DNA from: Tricharina praecox
Taxonomy: Eukaryota
Assembly: GCF_024521635.1 (NCBI RefSeq)
Contig: NW_026250403.1
Coordinates: forward strand, 1,054,001-1,118,000
DNA length: 64,000 bases
Reading direction: 5' to 3'
A program made the translations under genes and the position numbers. The notes below the pieces were generated by a model. The model saw only the letters and a list, made by a program, of their open reading frames with translations, was not told the origin of the DNA and made no database searches. Each line of letters begins with the position of its first letter. The stretch's first letter is position 1. Positions 23,153 to 36,664 of the stretch are shown piece by piece.

Positions 23153-26100
23153 GATACGGAACACCGTTCCGGGGGGGTGGGGGGGAGACTGAGGGGGGGG
23201 GGGGGGGGGGGGGGTGACAAGGGGGGGAGCATCGGGGGAGACTGAGGGCCAGATATCGAGCCTTCTTCGCCACAGCACCCGTACATACCCATCATGAGTT
23301 TCCTTTGTTTGATGCTTTTGTCATTTTTGTGGTGCGATTCTCACTGCGGTACCGGCGGGATGTGCTTTTACATCCCCCTCGATAGTTACGATCTGTTATC
23401 TTTTGGATTGTCGTCTTTATTCATTGTGTTTGGAAGAGTCTTGGTTCCTATGATAATTGATCTGCGTGATCATTCGAGTGAGCCCGCTACATACCAATAG
23501 TTACGGTACTATAATTGTGACCTTTTGGGAGAGCTATGGGTTTGACCGTGTGAGCTCGAGCCAGTACTGTCCAAGCTCTGTACATACCTAGTAGCTCGGG
23601 AGCTTCCGAATCTGTGTATCTGATATACATATATTGGGCATGCAAGTCCGATTGCGGGGTATTCTTCAAGCACTGCCTGCCAAGCACCCAAGCCGTTGCT
23701 TTAGGGGAGGGCTTTAGCTACATACAAGTTCTCATGTCATTACTTCGCCGTCGATTAGGGGTTGAGGGATGAGCGTGCTCCAGAGTCCAAACTTCAAAGG
23801 GTCAGATACCGGTACCGCGTGGAGAGACCGGGTATAATGTATGTGCTCTACATACCTGGTACGTAGAACTTACATAGAGATGGAGATTGGGTTTCATAGT
23901 TGTTAATGCCGACCCGCCGGAAACAGTTGAACAAAAGAACGATGAAGTGAAGAACGATGAAGGAGAAAACAAGGAAGGGGAAAAAACGAAGAAAACACCA
24001 GAATCGATATGTTGAACCTGCACATCGTGGACGCCTTGACTACACTTAGGTATGTACCGCAATATGTTTGGAGTCCACGACAGCGTGATACCAGCTATGT
24101 AGAGCTCACGGCCTCGCGGCCTCGCTCATAGAAGCCAGAACGGGCTCCGCACGGTGCACACTCCTTGGCAGATCCCAGTCTCTGTTGAAATATCCAGTGG
24201 CTGTTGGCCCCCTCCGGAAAGTCCCCGGATGTGGGCGCAATTAGTTACCGATGGATCCCCGGGCCCACAGAATCGATACGGATCCCGTATTTACCATGGT
24301 TCACGGACGGCCGCTCTGGTGGGCCCGGCCTATATGTACCTACAATACAATACACAACAGCATATTGCTCGCTCGCTACGAATGTAAATATGCCGACACC
24401 CCCGGGGGGTTTGATTGGTTCAGCGGTGGAGAAGTGGGGGGGTGGGGGGGTGGGGATGTTTTGGTTGCACCGCGCGGCTTGTCGCGGTCGGTACTTTATA
24501 GAGTACCTATGAGGCGTGTACTCGGCGCGCAGTGCGGAGAATAGGGAAGTACGGAAGGTAAGTATGCTAGGTATTTACGCTCGTTGACGGCGCTGACGCC
24601 ATCGAGTCGGGACTCGGGACTCGGCAGTTGTAACTTGTGTTCACTGGTCTCTGCTAACGGGTGAGCGGCCCCATGTTCTTTTGTTGGCGGCGTTTGTCCC
24701 GGACGGGGAAAGTTGGATCCTACATAAGACATCGTTCACCCCGACTAGCGGCATTGACTGCGCAGTCCAACCTCCCGAGTCGCGGCTTGTTTCGCCGCAT
24801 GATCGGCCACAGAGCGCACTGCCTTCTCGTCCGTGAGGCCGACCACCCGTGTGTGGGGATCTACTGTTTGGAGTTGGCGGCGGCTGCTGCTCTCGTGGCT
24901 CGCTTCGGGCTCGGCAAGGAGCGTGAAGTTGATATCAATTGGGCACACACTAGCCGCGTTGGGCCTGTTGGCGGCTGCGTATAGCAGGCGATTGCAATTG
25001 TTTTGCTGACGCCGCTTGCTGTGGTGGTGGTATCGGTAAATTGAAGCTTGGAGATTGGTGGGCGGGTACTGACCGGATCTGGGGACTTAGGCGTAGCTGT
25101 CCGTGGGGGGACATGGCGGTTGGAGAAAAAGCTCTCGGTGCGGTGCTCTCGGGAATTTTATATCCTGGTGTATGGGAAACGGAGAGCAATCGCGTCATCC
25201 CCCTCGTTGTTATTTACTCGTCGAAACATGCGACAATTCAATAACTTGGATACTGAATATAGCATCTATTCCACCCACAAATTCTGGATGCACCCAAGTA
25301 AGTAGGGAAGCATGCACAATGACTCGGGCATACTCTGCGTCTTGACCAGTTCTGTGGACTTGATGCGCTCCACGATCGCGGCGCCTAGTCTGCCGTAGTG
25401 CTATCGTGCATAGTCCTGTTCACAGTGAGTACGGAATTGGGGAACCTGCACCATCTATGATGCGGTTTACACACCACAATCGCGTCCTGGTGAGTCCACG
25501 ATTGGCATTCTCCATCGCCAGCATCCTCCATAACCACGCTCTCGAGATCCAGGGCCAATATGCGGGTACGCTACACATCGACAACCAGTCGTTTCTCCTA
25601 TTGCACCGTGTTGAACGGTGGTACCTGGAGTTTTGCCGCGCTTTAGCCTGAATTATAACCTAAAGATTTATCACCCGTATTGTGGACCCGACCATCAGAA
25701 ACAAACCTTGAAGCAGGCTTTGGCCGCTCCCTAAATATCCATTGGGAGACTGAGGGAAGGAAAGATGGTCAGCTGGTATGTACATACATACATGGTGAGT
25801 GAGGATACTGGCAATCGGAAGTCGTGGGCTGATAAAAACAGACGACCCGCCGACGCGGTCCGTATTTTAGGGTCGGCTGTTGAGGACACCGACTTTAGTA
25901 TTGCACGAGATTTGATGGCCGGCGCTACTCTGGTTAGTAGTGATCCAGAGAGAGCTCGTATAGATATATGCATAGTCAGCGGACAAGGTAGCATCTCGAA
26001 CTACTAGTAGCTAACTACTGTACCAGTGTAGGAGTTTTCGAACTCTTGTTTTGTCCCGGAAACAGCATCTCTTCGTTCCTCTCTGCGACCTCATCCCTGA

Positions 26101-26637
26101 ACTCCTGGAACATCCTTCTCAAACCCGACTCCAATATCTCAGCGGCATTGCGGATAAGCTTCCCTTCCTGAAGGGGTGATCCGTGTACTGGTGTTTAGTC
26201 GACTTCGGTACCAGTAGAGCCCTTAGCCGAGGGGGCAGTTTTTTCCTAGCGCTGATTTGGTAGGTACATAAAACGCTTGCATTGATAATGTGCAAGGAAT
26301 GGCTGCACATATCTCCAGCAGCTTCCTCCCCTTCCAGATCATGGGTGAGACATGAAAGCGACTGGTTCGAGGCCGTATTCCTTGCAGATCTTGTCTTTTC
26401 CCCCCTTTATTATTCCGCACCTTTGGCGGGCACCTGCTCGCTGAACCCAGATGAAACGGCCGAGCTGCATGCCCCAGGTTCCCCTTCTCTGGATCTGCCC
26501 AGAGGCGAGGAGTGCTTACTGGAGCGATGATACATAAGCGTCCATTAACCCGCCCAGCTTCCAGGAATACTGTATATACCTATGTTCTAAGTTGCGGCGT
26601 CCGCGAAGCAGCTCTGGGATAGCTGGTCAGTTCGATA

Positions 26638-27890
26638 ATGACGGTCAACGCAGCTCAACAGACGGTGCGTCCACCTACCCTGCGTCGTCCGCATTTCTCT
26701 GTTGTCCCCCACTCGTACGTACATGGTTACTAACGGAGTTGCTGCTGCTGTATAGGGTGCAATATGGTCGATAATGTTCGTCAACTCCATATTCCTGGGC
26801 GTGCGCCTCTACATGCGAATATCACGGCAAAAGGAATCGCTGCGGCCCTCCGACTACCTCATCCTTCTGGCATTCGCCATCATGCTCGCCGTGACGATCC
26901 TCGGAACCAGCCTCAACGTCCGCGAGCTCAACTTTCTGGCCAGCGAACCCAATTACCCACGAAACTTCGATGTCATCGCCGCTCCCTTCCTAGGATACAC
27001 CCGTTCGGGGACCGAGGGGTATATCAAAGTCAGCATGGAATAATCCGCTCCCCAACTTGACGGGGAGACTCAGGCTCACGGCTCGCGTGGAAGCAAATAG
27101 GGTATATTTATACTGCTCATATGTCACAACACGGTGCTGTGCGTCTGCAAAGCGACGTTACTCGTGTTTTTCTACGAGGTCTTCCCGAAGCGGCTTCGAA
27201 GGGTGTTGCACGCAGCCACCGCCGTCGTCATTGCCACTTTCATGGCAAACCTGCTGGAAACGTTATTCTGGTGCTACCCGCTGAGGCGAATGTGGGCGCC
27301 CACCGATTTCTTCAGCTCCGATTACTGTGCGCTCAAGTTGATCCCAGGTCAGTAGACACTGCAGTGCCCTTCCTCGGAGGTTGGCGGCGGCGATGAATCT
27401 TCAATGTTGACGCGATGAGTTACCAGCCTACAATGCCGCACAGTTCGCCTCGCACCTGGTCGCCACGATCGTCGTCAATAGCCTACCGATGCTACTGCTC
27501 CGCTGGGTAGGCGGTAGTCGCCGTGAGGTAGCATTCGCGACCACCGTCGCAGCCTTCGGCGGGCTCAGCGTTTTCGCGAGCGTCACCGCGTTCGTCTTTC
27601 TCCTGCGGATGCAGGATCTCAAGGTTGATCCGAGTGCCAGACACGTGGCGCTGGTAAGCTCTGGGATAGAGGAGGCAGCAATGTTCTGGGCTGGTGCGCT
27701 GGGTGTTCTGAGCGTACGCAAGAAGAGCAGAGAGGAAACCAGCGAAGCAGATGGTGAGGAAACAGAGATGAAGGGGTTGGTTATCAAAGTTGAGAAGAGA
27801 TGGAGCGTTACGGTCGAAATTGTTGAGGCGTGGGGGCGTGGATGGAAGGATCCGTGGGCAGCAGGCAGTACGGAGTTGTCGGTATCATGA
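26638..27890 (+). CDS. PTH11-like / fungal rhodopsin-domain integral membrane protein without CFEM, ~336 aa
   Basis: Exons 26638-26664, 26756-27028, 27101-27347 and 27427-27890. Motifs FLGVRLYMR..SDYLILLA, K..LLVFFYEVFP, LFWCYPLRRMW and NSLPMLLL, with about seven hydrophobic segments. Confidence 0.75.
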
Positions 27891-28692
27891 ATCACAGTCA
27901 ATTTCACAATCACAATGCATCAAGACTCAATTAGAGTGTCTGCGTGCTGATTATTACGCACTTGATCAGAGTGTGACATACGCGCATACATTTTTGGCGC
28001 TTGGGTGCTTGATACGTACGTTGCTGGCGCGCACGCAGGAGGCCTCCCCCCCATGCGAACAAAATCATCAATTGGCTCGCTTGTAGACCGGCCAAAACAA
28101 AATATTGCCGTAATGCAAGGTGGTGCCCAAGTACTCTAGCGAACTGTAACTATTGCAGAGAGGCACTCTACATGGGATCTGTCGAAACCCGGTCCCAATC
28201 GCACAAGACGGGATGATGCACTTCTGACAATGCCTACCTACTCTCAGGCCCGGTAGTTTACACATATTAAGCCGCCGGTAGTGAGCCAGTTGTGCCCTAA
28301 GTACTCTACCCGAAGTCATCTTGAGTGGAGTGATCACCCGTAGATAACGACCTGCGAGATCAGTTCAGCTTCCAATCATACCAAGCACCTCGATGCACCT
28401 ATATAAGGCTCGCTAAGTCGGCTTAATCGGCTCCACGCTGATTTTGTAGATTGTATGTATGTTCGATCACAATGCGTTGGACGTATCCAGAGCATCGCAT
28501 ACCTACACACTCGGGATGTCCTGTCTGCCCTCTTGCCGCTGCTACCGGTCTAACAATAGGACCTAGTAGCTAGACATCATGTCTGATACGCCAAGTTCCA
28601 ACTCGGAGAGCTAGCCCATCTCCCAACAGCTCTAGTTAGTGCCGCGACAAGCGCCACGACCACTACATACATACATGATCCAAGACTCTGGC

Positions 28693-28965
28693 TTCAAGGT
28701 ATGCACCGCATGGCGGGAGCAGCAAAAAGTACTGTGGAAAGCAGTCCGAGTACAAACAAAGTATGGACGAGATCAGTTTTAAATCGCAGATTTGTTTGCG
28801 GACGAGGTGCACTACTGCAATTCTGGAATTTCTCGAGGCCACCGAGATGGGAAGAATGGCTAGGGGAAATGAATGGGAAAGAGGAGGTGATGAGTCTGCT
28901 TCTGAGGAGGAAGACGAATCTGCAAAGATGGAGGAGGTGGTGGTAGAGGTTGATGAGGGAAATTT
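28693..28965 (+). mobile_element. Degenerate 3' fragment of a non-LTR (LINE, Tad1-like) retrotransposon ORF2
   Basis: Reads FKVCTAWREQQKVLWKAVRVQTKYGRDQF*IADLFADE, then a frameshift, then RCTTAILEFLEATEMGR and an acidic tail. This resembles, from memory, the post-zinc-knuckle C-terminus of fungal LINE ORF2. Internal TAA at 28780-28782. Confidence 0.7.
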
Positions 28966-30367
28966 GAAACCAACACACATACACATACACATACACGCAG
29001 TGCTCCAGGTCCGACCACCACCACGGTGATGTTTGAATCCGAAAGTTTGAACTTCCCGGGTTTGAGACGGGGCTGTTGTTTGTCACGTGTTTGTTTCTTC
29101 TACATTGACCGACATGTGGCTTGCTTATTTTTCTCATGTTCTGGTCATACTGTTTGCTCTCATTTCTGTACCATTAGGATCTCTTGTCTTGACACCTATA
29201 AACGGGCCTAATCCTGTCTACCTAGATGGACTTCATCTCAGGCATCTTATTCGGTCGAATGTCATCTTGCATATCCTCCACCAGAACTTCAACAGAGGCT
29301 CGCGTGAGACGGCGAACCATGGCCCATGATCGGATACGGTATCAACCACGGCACTGTAGTATATTTGGGCGTACTGAAACGGGAATAAAATTCTCGTCGG
29401 CTACAATACCTACTCAGCAACAGTAGGTGTGATACCCCCTCGAAATTCGTCTAGGCACACGACAGTCTAGATATCTAGGTAGGTCATATTAGGTATATGT
29501 AGCAGAACATCTCGGCTTCTCCCGAGTCCCCATCTCTCCCTCCAGCCATAACGTACCATCAAATCTGCGCGTCCTACATCCTCTAACACGCAGCCCTCCT
29601 GCTCCTCGCAGCTCTGAGCTTGCCTTCGACCTACGCTAGACTATGCACCGCAGAACATGTACGAGTGATGCCGTACATACGAGTGATGTTCAATGCGATA
29701 CTTCCCCGCCCCACCTACAAATCGAAACCCTCCGTATTCGTGCATGTCGCACGAAGGATGATGGCAGCAACCGCCGCCACCACCACCATCACCGTACATA
29801 AATGACCACCGCCACCCCGCCGCCGCCACCACCAGGCACCTCCATTCGTCCGTCCGTCCGTCCGACTCTGAAAATCCTTAAAAAAATCAAGTTCGAAGCT
29901 CAAACTCAGTAAAAGCATAGACTCTCGCATTAGCCAGGTGGAGTAGTCTGGACTCTGGAGGACCCTGCATCGTTTGTGTCAAAGTTACACCGCTCGATCG
30001 ATCGAGCAATTTATGCCATCCGGATGGGCAGCCCACACGTGTCACCGTGATTGGTCAGGCCCCACCCTGTTAATCCGATTGCGTCGCAGTGCCCCGGATT
30101 ACTCCGACACAGTGGATTTCTACATGCCCGTATCTTACAACCACATAGCACACGTAATGAGAGGAGAGTTCGAACTGTACAAAAAAAAAGATGGCTCTAT
30201 TAACCCGTATCCCCAATGTCTAAGATCGCACCCAAAAACAAATGTCTTTTGAAAAAGAAAAGAGGGAAATGGACACAAAGAAAGAAAGAAACATGCTATA
30301 CAAGAAATGACTCCTTAAGCCCGAAGTTTGACATTTCCCCACCCATTCACTCCAACACATCGCGCAT

Positions 30368-31682
30368 TTAAAGCTCAACACCACCGGTGGCACCGAGAGC
30401 CTTCTTGATGTCGGTGTAGATGGCGAACTGGAAAGCGGTCAAGGTACCGACCATGAAGAGACGGGCACCGATACCAGTGTAGGACCCCTTGAGGCCAAGC
30501 TCTTTTCCGATCTTGATGAGACGGGCAGTGGTTCCCTCTCCGGGAGCACCGGGGGTCTTGTTGATCTTGGACAACATGGTGTCGGCGGGCTGCGAAACAA
30601 AGGCAGCTGCGAAACCGGCAATCAAACCGGCACCCAAGTTGGCGACAGTCTGCATGGAAGACGAGAGGTCCTCCTTGGGGAAGACGTTGTAGATCGCCTC
30701 AGAGGTCTTCTCGTAGACGACGAACTTGGCCATGGTGTAAGGAACCTGCTTGAACAAGATCGGTCCAAATCCAGAGTAGAAGGCTCCAACACCCTCGTTC
30801 TTGAGGATCTTTCCGAATCCGCTGACTAGTCCGGAGGCGAACTCGGGCTGGGAGACGAGACGGATACGGGTGGCCTCGAGAGGGCAGAGAGCGATATCAG
30901 CGAAAAACTCGGCGAGCGCGGACGAGGCGAGGTAGACGGCAGTGCGGTTCTCCTTGGCGCTCTCGTAACCCTATTGACACTATTAGAGATCTGTCTCGAC
31001 TGTCCTTTTGGTCAGGTTGTACATACCAAGAGGTTGATGCTCTGCTGCTTGAACAGCTCGTAACCTCCGAACTTGAAGGCACCCTGGAGGAAGTATCCAG
31101 CGGCGGTTGGTCCGAAACCAGTCAAGAGAGCACCAGCGCCCTCACCCTTGATGACCTGTTTGAATCCACCGATCATGCCCTTGTTGTACTTGGCAGGGTC
31201 GAGCTGGATACGGGTCTTGACGCTGAACCGGGACGTTAGCCATCACTCTGCGAGGCGGACGAAGCCAGCGGTCGCAGGAAGTTGTGATGCGTGGCATTGC
31301 TGTGTGGGTAGTTGCAGGGCGAACAAGGGGAGACGACGGAAGAGAGAGTCCCATCAGGCGAATGCCGCAATAGGCGTAAGAAGTGCGGGCAGGGGAGGGG
31401 CACCAGCTCTCCGCAAGTACTATCGTGGTCTCTCATTTTCTCGCGTCTCCTCATTCAGGCCTCGCCCGCCACATTCCCTCAACAAAGCGCCGATCGCCAA
31501 CTTCCAGCTCCACGTAGCAGCGGTGGGGGACAGATGCCGGTAACTTACACATCGACGGGCGTCAGGGCACCGTGGGTGACCGAACAGCAGACAGCACCAG
31601 CGAAGGCGAATCTGGAGTAGAGAGAGAGACCCGAGAGCTTCTCAGGAACGGGAGTGGGGGTGAGGGTCTTAGTAGCGGCCAT
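30368..31682 (-). CDS. MIR1: Mitochondrial phosphate carrier, ~310 aa
   Basis: Exons 31682-31549, 31222-31027 and 30970-30368. Motifs [61 protein letters not shown] and [12 protein letters not shown]. Confidence 0.95.
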
Positions 31683-34600
31683 TGTGTCGATTGAGGGGAT
31701 GTCCGAACTCAAAAATTCAGTTGTGCAAAGCAATAACGTTCGTGAAACGAGGACCGCTTAAAGAAAGGGAAGCACAAAAAGACCGAGGTGGGTTTTCGTA
31801 GGAGCTGAGGTGAGATGTGGTGGGTTGGAGATTTCAGTGTGCGAGACGAGGGTAAAAGAAGGGTTGAAAGCACGGACGGGGGGCCGGGTTGAAAAGGGCG
31901 GACCACAAGGTTAATTTTTTTTCTTTTCTTCGGTAATCCCTTCTTCCTTCCGATGCCGGTTTCTTCCAGCCGCTATATCAGAATAGGGCAAAGCGTAGCT
32001 GATTGCGTGCGGCTCCGCGATAAACGCCGGAGCCAATGACACAACACGCAATAAAGCAGAACGGGCGGATGTCGTCGAAGTGCCTGACGAATCACGATCC
32101 TCGGGCTTCACACAACAGCGAGTGAGCACATACGGATAGCGCAGCTAAGAAGGTATGTACTCTGCGGTCGTGCATGCAGGATAGTCAATCACTGACAGTA
32201 ACTCTAGTATCTCAGGCCGAAACTTACTACGTGGACGCCAGCAATTCGCATTGCCGAGCGAATTGATATCACCAAAGGAAGACGGGAAGCTCAAAGAAGC
32301 CTCTTTCGTCGGGTTGCGGATTGTCGACTATTCTAGGCCCAGCTGAGACCATACCGCGTACCGCCGATGTCTGCTCGGAAGGCGGACCGATGTGAGCAGC
32401 TTCTCTTCTTTAACGCTTGTGTCATATTACTCTGCATCTTGTGTAGTCGAGTAGAGTGTTGTACACTGTCCAGAGTTTGAGTACAAAGCTTAGAGCTTGA
32501 GTCCAGACAGTTAACAACGCAAACTGTTTTGTTCTCTCTGTCCATGAACCGCCTGAAGTTCCGGAACTTTGAAGAAATATGACCGCGGCTGCCAGCTGCC
32601 GATACCCACGACGGACTTCATATTCAAGAGTCGGATCGGGCCAATCCCACCACGGGTCACCGCGCGAGGCTATGTGAACCTGCCTGATCCTCGCGGAATA
32701 CAACTGACACCATTGCCACCCACAGAAAGTGCAGGCCTCGGATATCACATCATGGTTTATCCTCACATCACGCGTTTCTGGGCGTCTAGGGCTGGGCCAT
32801 GGACTTACTCACTCGGCTCTGGCTATTCGGACGAGCAGATGCGCTGGACGGATCGACACACTTTCAAACTCAAACCCCCCCACTAATCGTGTACATCTGG
32901 GGGTCGATATGTTCGCCAGTTTTTACTTCACCGTGAGGAAATTTTGCTCTCTTAGATTTCATTGAACAGAGTTATCTGGCGCTGCTGGCCCGGAGGTGAT
33001 CCTGAATGCAAACAGTGAAAGAGCCAATGAACTATCACTCTTATTTCCACCGATTTGGGCCATGGGAGGTGCACTGACACCAACTTCACCAGATTGTCAT
33101 TCACAAATGTACAGCTGCTATCTGTCTGGCCTTACCGGTGCTAGAAGCAAGGCACATATGCGCTGTAATACTTGTAACAGTAACGGAAGAAACATCTGCT
33201 CACTATTGATTGAACAACTGCAAATATTCGCTTGAAGTTTAATCTCGAATCACGAAGCACCCGACAAAGTATTTAATCATTGGGAGTCGCTCATGAGTTA
33301 CTAAAAGCTGCCTCCCGTTCGAGTACAAGGTACATAGCCGTCCTCGTACGCTTTAGGATATTCCCGACGAAAGCATCTGCCTTGTGGACTCTCATTCTAT
33401 GGCCGAAGGGAGAATCTGGGGATCTTGATCGACACGCAGAGCCCTGGTTAAACATCGCGGAACGTATCGCGGACTATTAGGTCTCGTGGTCATCTAAAGA
33501 CGAGCTCGAGTAGCTTGAGCAACTGAGTGCGAACTGTACTGTCCTCGGAGAAACTTGTTGCCTGCTGGTAGAAATCCGCCCACATCTATGGTGTGACATA
33601 CCTACCATCAGGGAATATTTTGCCTCGTCTCCAGTCTATTAACAGACATTCTGAAAGGCCGTTGTTCACCAAGCATCCCGTGGATCCACTGGCTTTGCTT
33701 CTAAGGGCAAGCTCCGGTTCGCTGCCGGAAAAGACATTCACAAATGTCTCTCAATCACACCCGTAACTGCAGGGCACCTGCAAGATCTCAGCCTGTCGGC
33801 TTCAGGTATTAACTTTCAGATCCTACAATTCGGGTGAAAGAAGTTCAAACTGCTCGTGTCAAACGAGTAAACACACGGGAAGATACATACATGGCCTTGG
33901 CATTCTTCCACAAGCAAGTCTTTGGCATGTGGGAAGTATTGTGGTCTGACCTGTCCTATGAGACTTGGTTTCATCGATGTCTTACCCTATGGCCCTATGG
34001 TCTCAATAGGCTGCTGAACATGTGAGCTACATCTGTGATCATCTCGCAGATAATCGGACACACAGATAATCGCCAGCTGGACGTTATCCTACTTAGGGGT
34101 ACCGGCCTGACACCCGAGTCTGAGTTCATGTACAATAGTTGAGGAAAGATTGATTTAGCTGAATTATGTACGATTGGTTCTAAGGCCCGAAGGGTCGACA
34201 TATACCCCCCAGAGCTTCCGCTCATCGTATTTTGTGACCGATTAAACCGCCGTGTTGAAAACGTGCTTTAGCTGGAATCTATTCGATCAGAATTCTGTGG
34301 CCTGGTTGACGGCCGCTGTTTCATTCGCAATCCTGATACCCCACATGGTACGGTCGTCTCGTTTCCTCGTGCTTTCTACCCATCCCAGTTCCACCCTCGG
34401 CTAACCCACAGGCTCTACTGTCGATCGTGGAGCTAATGAATTCGCCTGATCATCACTGGTTATGTCAGGGACCAAAGATCGTATCATTCATATGGGCTGA
34501 CCGATTAAGCGGGCGACCCTCAGCCTCGGTAACCGTCACTCGGTAGAGGGAGCATGCATTTAGCACGGGCAAGTGAGCTTCTTAATCGTCCATTTCGAAA

Positions 34601-35035
34601 GTTAGATATGCTACCGATCACAAACCGGTATCGAAGCACATCTCCACCACCACCACTACCACCAACACCCTCCTTCGCAACGTAAGGGTTCAATACTCAG
34701 AGGTCTATGGTTGACTGCATATTCCAGACGGCACATACTCTCTGGCGACCGGAAAAAGAGAATACAGGCGAGAATCCTCGCAGCATGTAGGCGGCCATGT
34801 ACATGGATCGGGGGGATACATTTTCCTCAGCAAGCCGCCGTGTGGAGTGACATCCGGTGAGGACATACAGTTCGACCTGGAGCGAAAACGAGACACGGAC
34901 AAGTGCAGCATCTCCCTCTGTATCCATGGCCCGTGTGCAAATATAAAATGTCTCGAATCCGAACTGTTCCATCCACATCTCGAGCCGATTGACCACAGCG
35001 AGCTGGACGGTCTGATATCAGCAGCACTATTCATC

Positions 35036-36664
35036 ATGAAATTCTTATCGATAACCCTCCTCTTCGTGCTGCCTTTCTTTTCTGGTGTTGTCGTCTCACT
35101 GGAAGGGTTCGGGTCTGTTCCCGCAGCCGTGAAATCGCACGGGGCACCGGTTCCCGATAGCTATATTGTCACCTTCAAGGGCCTCGTCTCTTCCTCGGCA
35201 GTCAGCTCCCACCACAAATGGCTGGAAGGAATGCTCGCCGCTTCGTCCGCGGTGGTCGGCGGAAAGGTGCCCGGAGTCGTCCACAAGTACGATATCGGCA
35301 GCTTCAAAGCCTACTCCGGCGTGTTCTCGAAGGATGTGGTCGAAATGCTCAAGAAGCAAGGCGACGTATGAGCATCGATCCCATCTGTGTTGAGGGGGAA
35401 GGGGGGGCACATGCTAACAGGCGCGTGGCCAAACAGGTTGCATCGGTCGTGCAGGATCAGTACGTATCGACTGCGGCACCCGCTTCCGTGGAAGAGCGAA
35501 CGATGTCGGATAAGAGATCCCCCACGTTCGGGCACATAGAAAAACGGGTGTGCAAGAGCCAGACTCTGGCGCAAGACGAGGCTGCCGGAGAATGGGGCCT
35601 GGGCCGTATCTCGCACTACAAAATCTTCTCAACTCCCATGCTAGGATGGCCAAGCTATCCCTACGACGACAACGTCAAGTTCTGCTCCAAGCTCAAACCT
35701 TCGGGAGGTGTGGCTTATGTCATCGATTCCGGCATTCTGCTCAAACACCCCGAGTTCCAGGGACGTGCGGAGTGGGGATTCAACGCGAGACCTGAGCAAT
35801 GGGTCGATTCCGACATTTGCGGCCACGGTACCCACGTGGCAGGAATCATAGGAGGTAGAAAATACGGAGTTCAGAAGACGGCGAAGCTCATTGCCGTCAA
35901 GGTCTTGGAGGGTGCGAATTCTGCATGTCAAGGCACCTGGGGGGATGTGATCGCCGGTCTCGAGTGGACCTATAAGCATGCCGTCGCGAACAAATGGCTT
36001 AAACAGAGTGTTGTCAACATGTCTCTAAGTATGCAAAATCTTCTGAGTGGAGTCCTGATATGTACGTGTATGGCTAACTCCTCATGCCTCACAGGTGGGC
36101 CGAACTTCCCTCCTGCAACGGAGGCGGTTGAACAGCTGGTCAAGAACGGCGTTACAATAGTGGTCTCCGCCGGGAATCAATATGTAGGTCTCTCCTTCAA
36201 CCTCCTTATCGATTCGCAGTCTTACTGAATTCTCAGGACATGGACGCCTGCGACAGCTCGCCTGCTAATGCGCCGGGCGCAATTACCGTTGGGTCAACGG
36301 ACATCGAAGACATGGTCTCTATATTTAGCAACGGTGGATGTTGCGTAGATATCTACGCACCGGGAACCAACATCGGATCTTCCTACATTGGCCCGCAATA
36401 TCGTCTGATGTCGGGTACTTCTATGGCGTTAGTGATCCCCACCGGCTCCTAGATATCCCGAATTCTTTACTGATTGTATGCTGCAGCGCGCCCTTCGTCG
36501 CCGCAGTGGTGCTGTACAACAAATGTCGCTTGGGAAACGACACTCCCGCTAAAGATCTTGATGGCATCGTCAAAGATGCTTTCAGCATCACCGACCAGAT
36601 CGTCGATTTCACCGGTTGCGAGGATAAAAACAAGATAGTATACAACCGTGCCACCTGTAAGTAA
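35036..36664 (+). CDS. Secreted subtilisin-like serine protease (S8A, proteinase K-like) with I9 propeptide, ~459 aa
   Basis: Exons 35036-35365, 35437-36028, 36095-36183, 36237-36427 and 36487-36664. Signal peptide MKFLSITLLFVLPFF and propeptide SYIVTFK. Catalytic triad YVIDSG, GHGTHVAG and SGTSMA, with oxyanion motif SAGN. Confidence 0.93.

Noticed and set aside
24259..24328. 10-bp inverted repeat ccgggcccac..gtgggcccgg with an inner hairpin
   Set aside because: Short, GC-rich, no TSD and no second copy seen, so I cannot distinguish it from chance.
26723..26755. Apparent ATG..TAG premature stop in frame with the PTH11-like gene
   Set aside because: The TAG is the acceptor of intron 26665-26755 (gtgcgt donor, ctaac branch), not an edited stop.
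32340..32385. CTGAGA..ATACC, resembling a TPP riboswitch core
   Set aside because: It lacks the downstream AACCTGAT/GATAAT elements and no thiamine gene is nearby.
32569..32965. 105-aa ORF with a possible frameshifted continuation
   Set aside because: No ATG start or recognisable family, so it is unsupported without a search.
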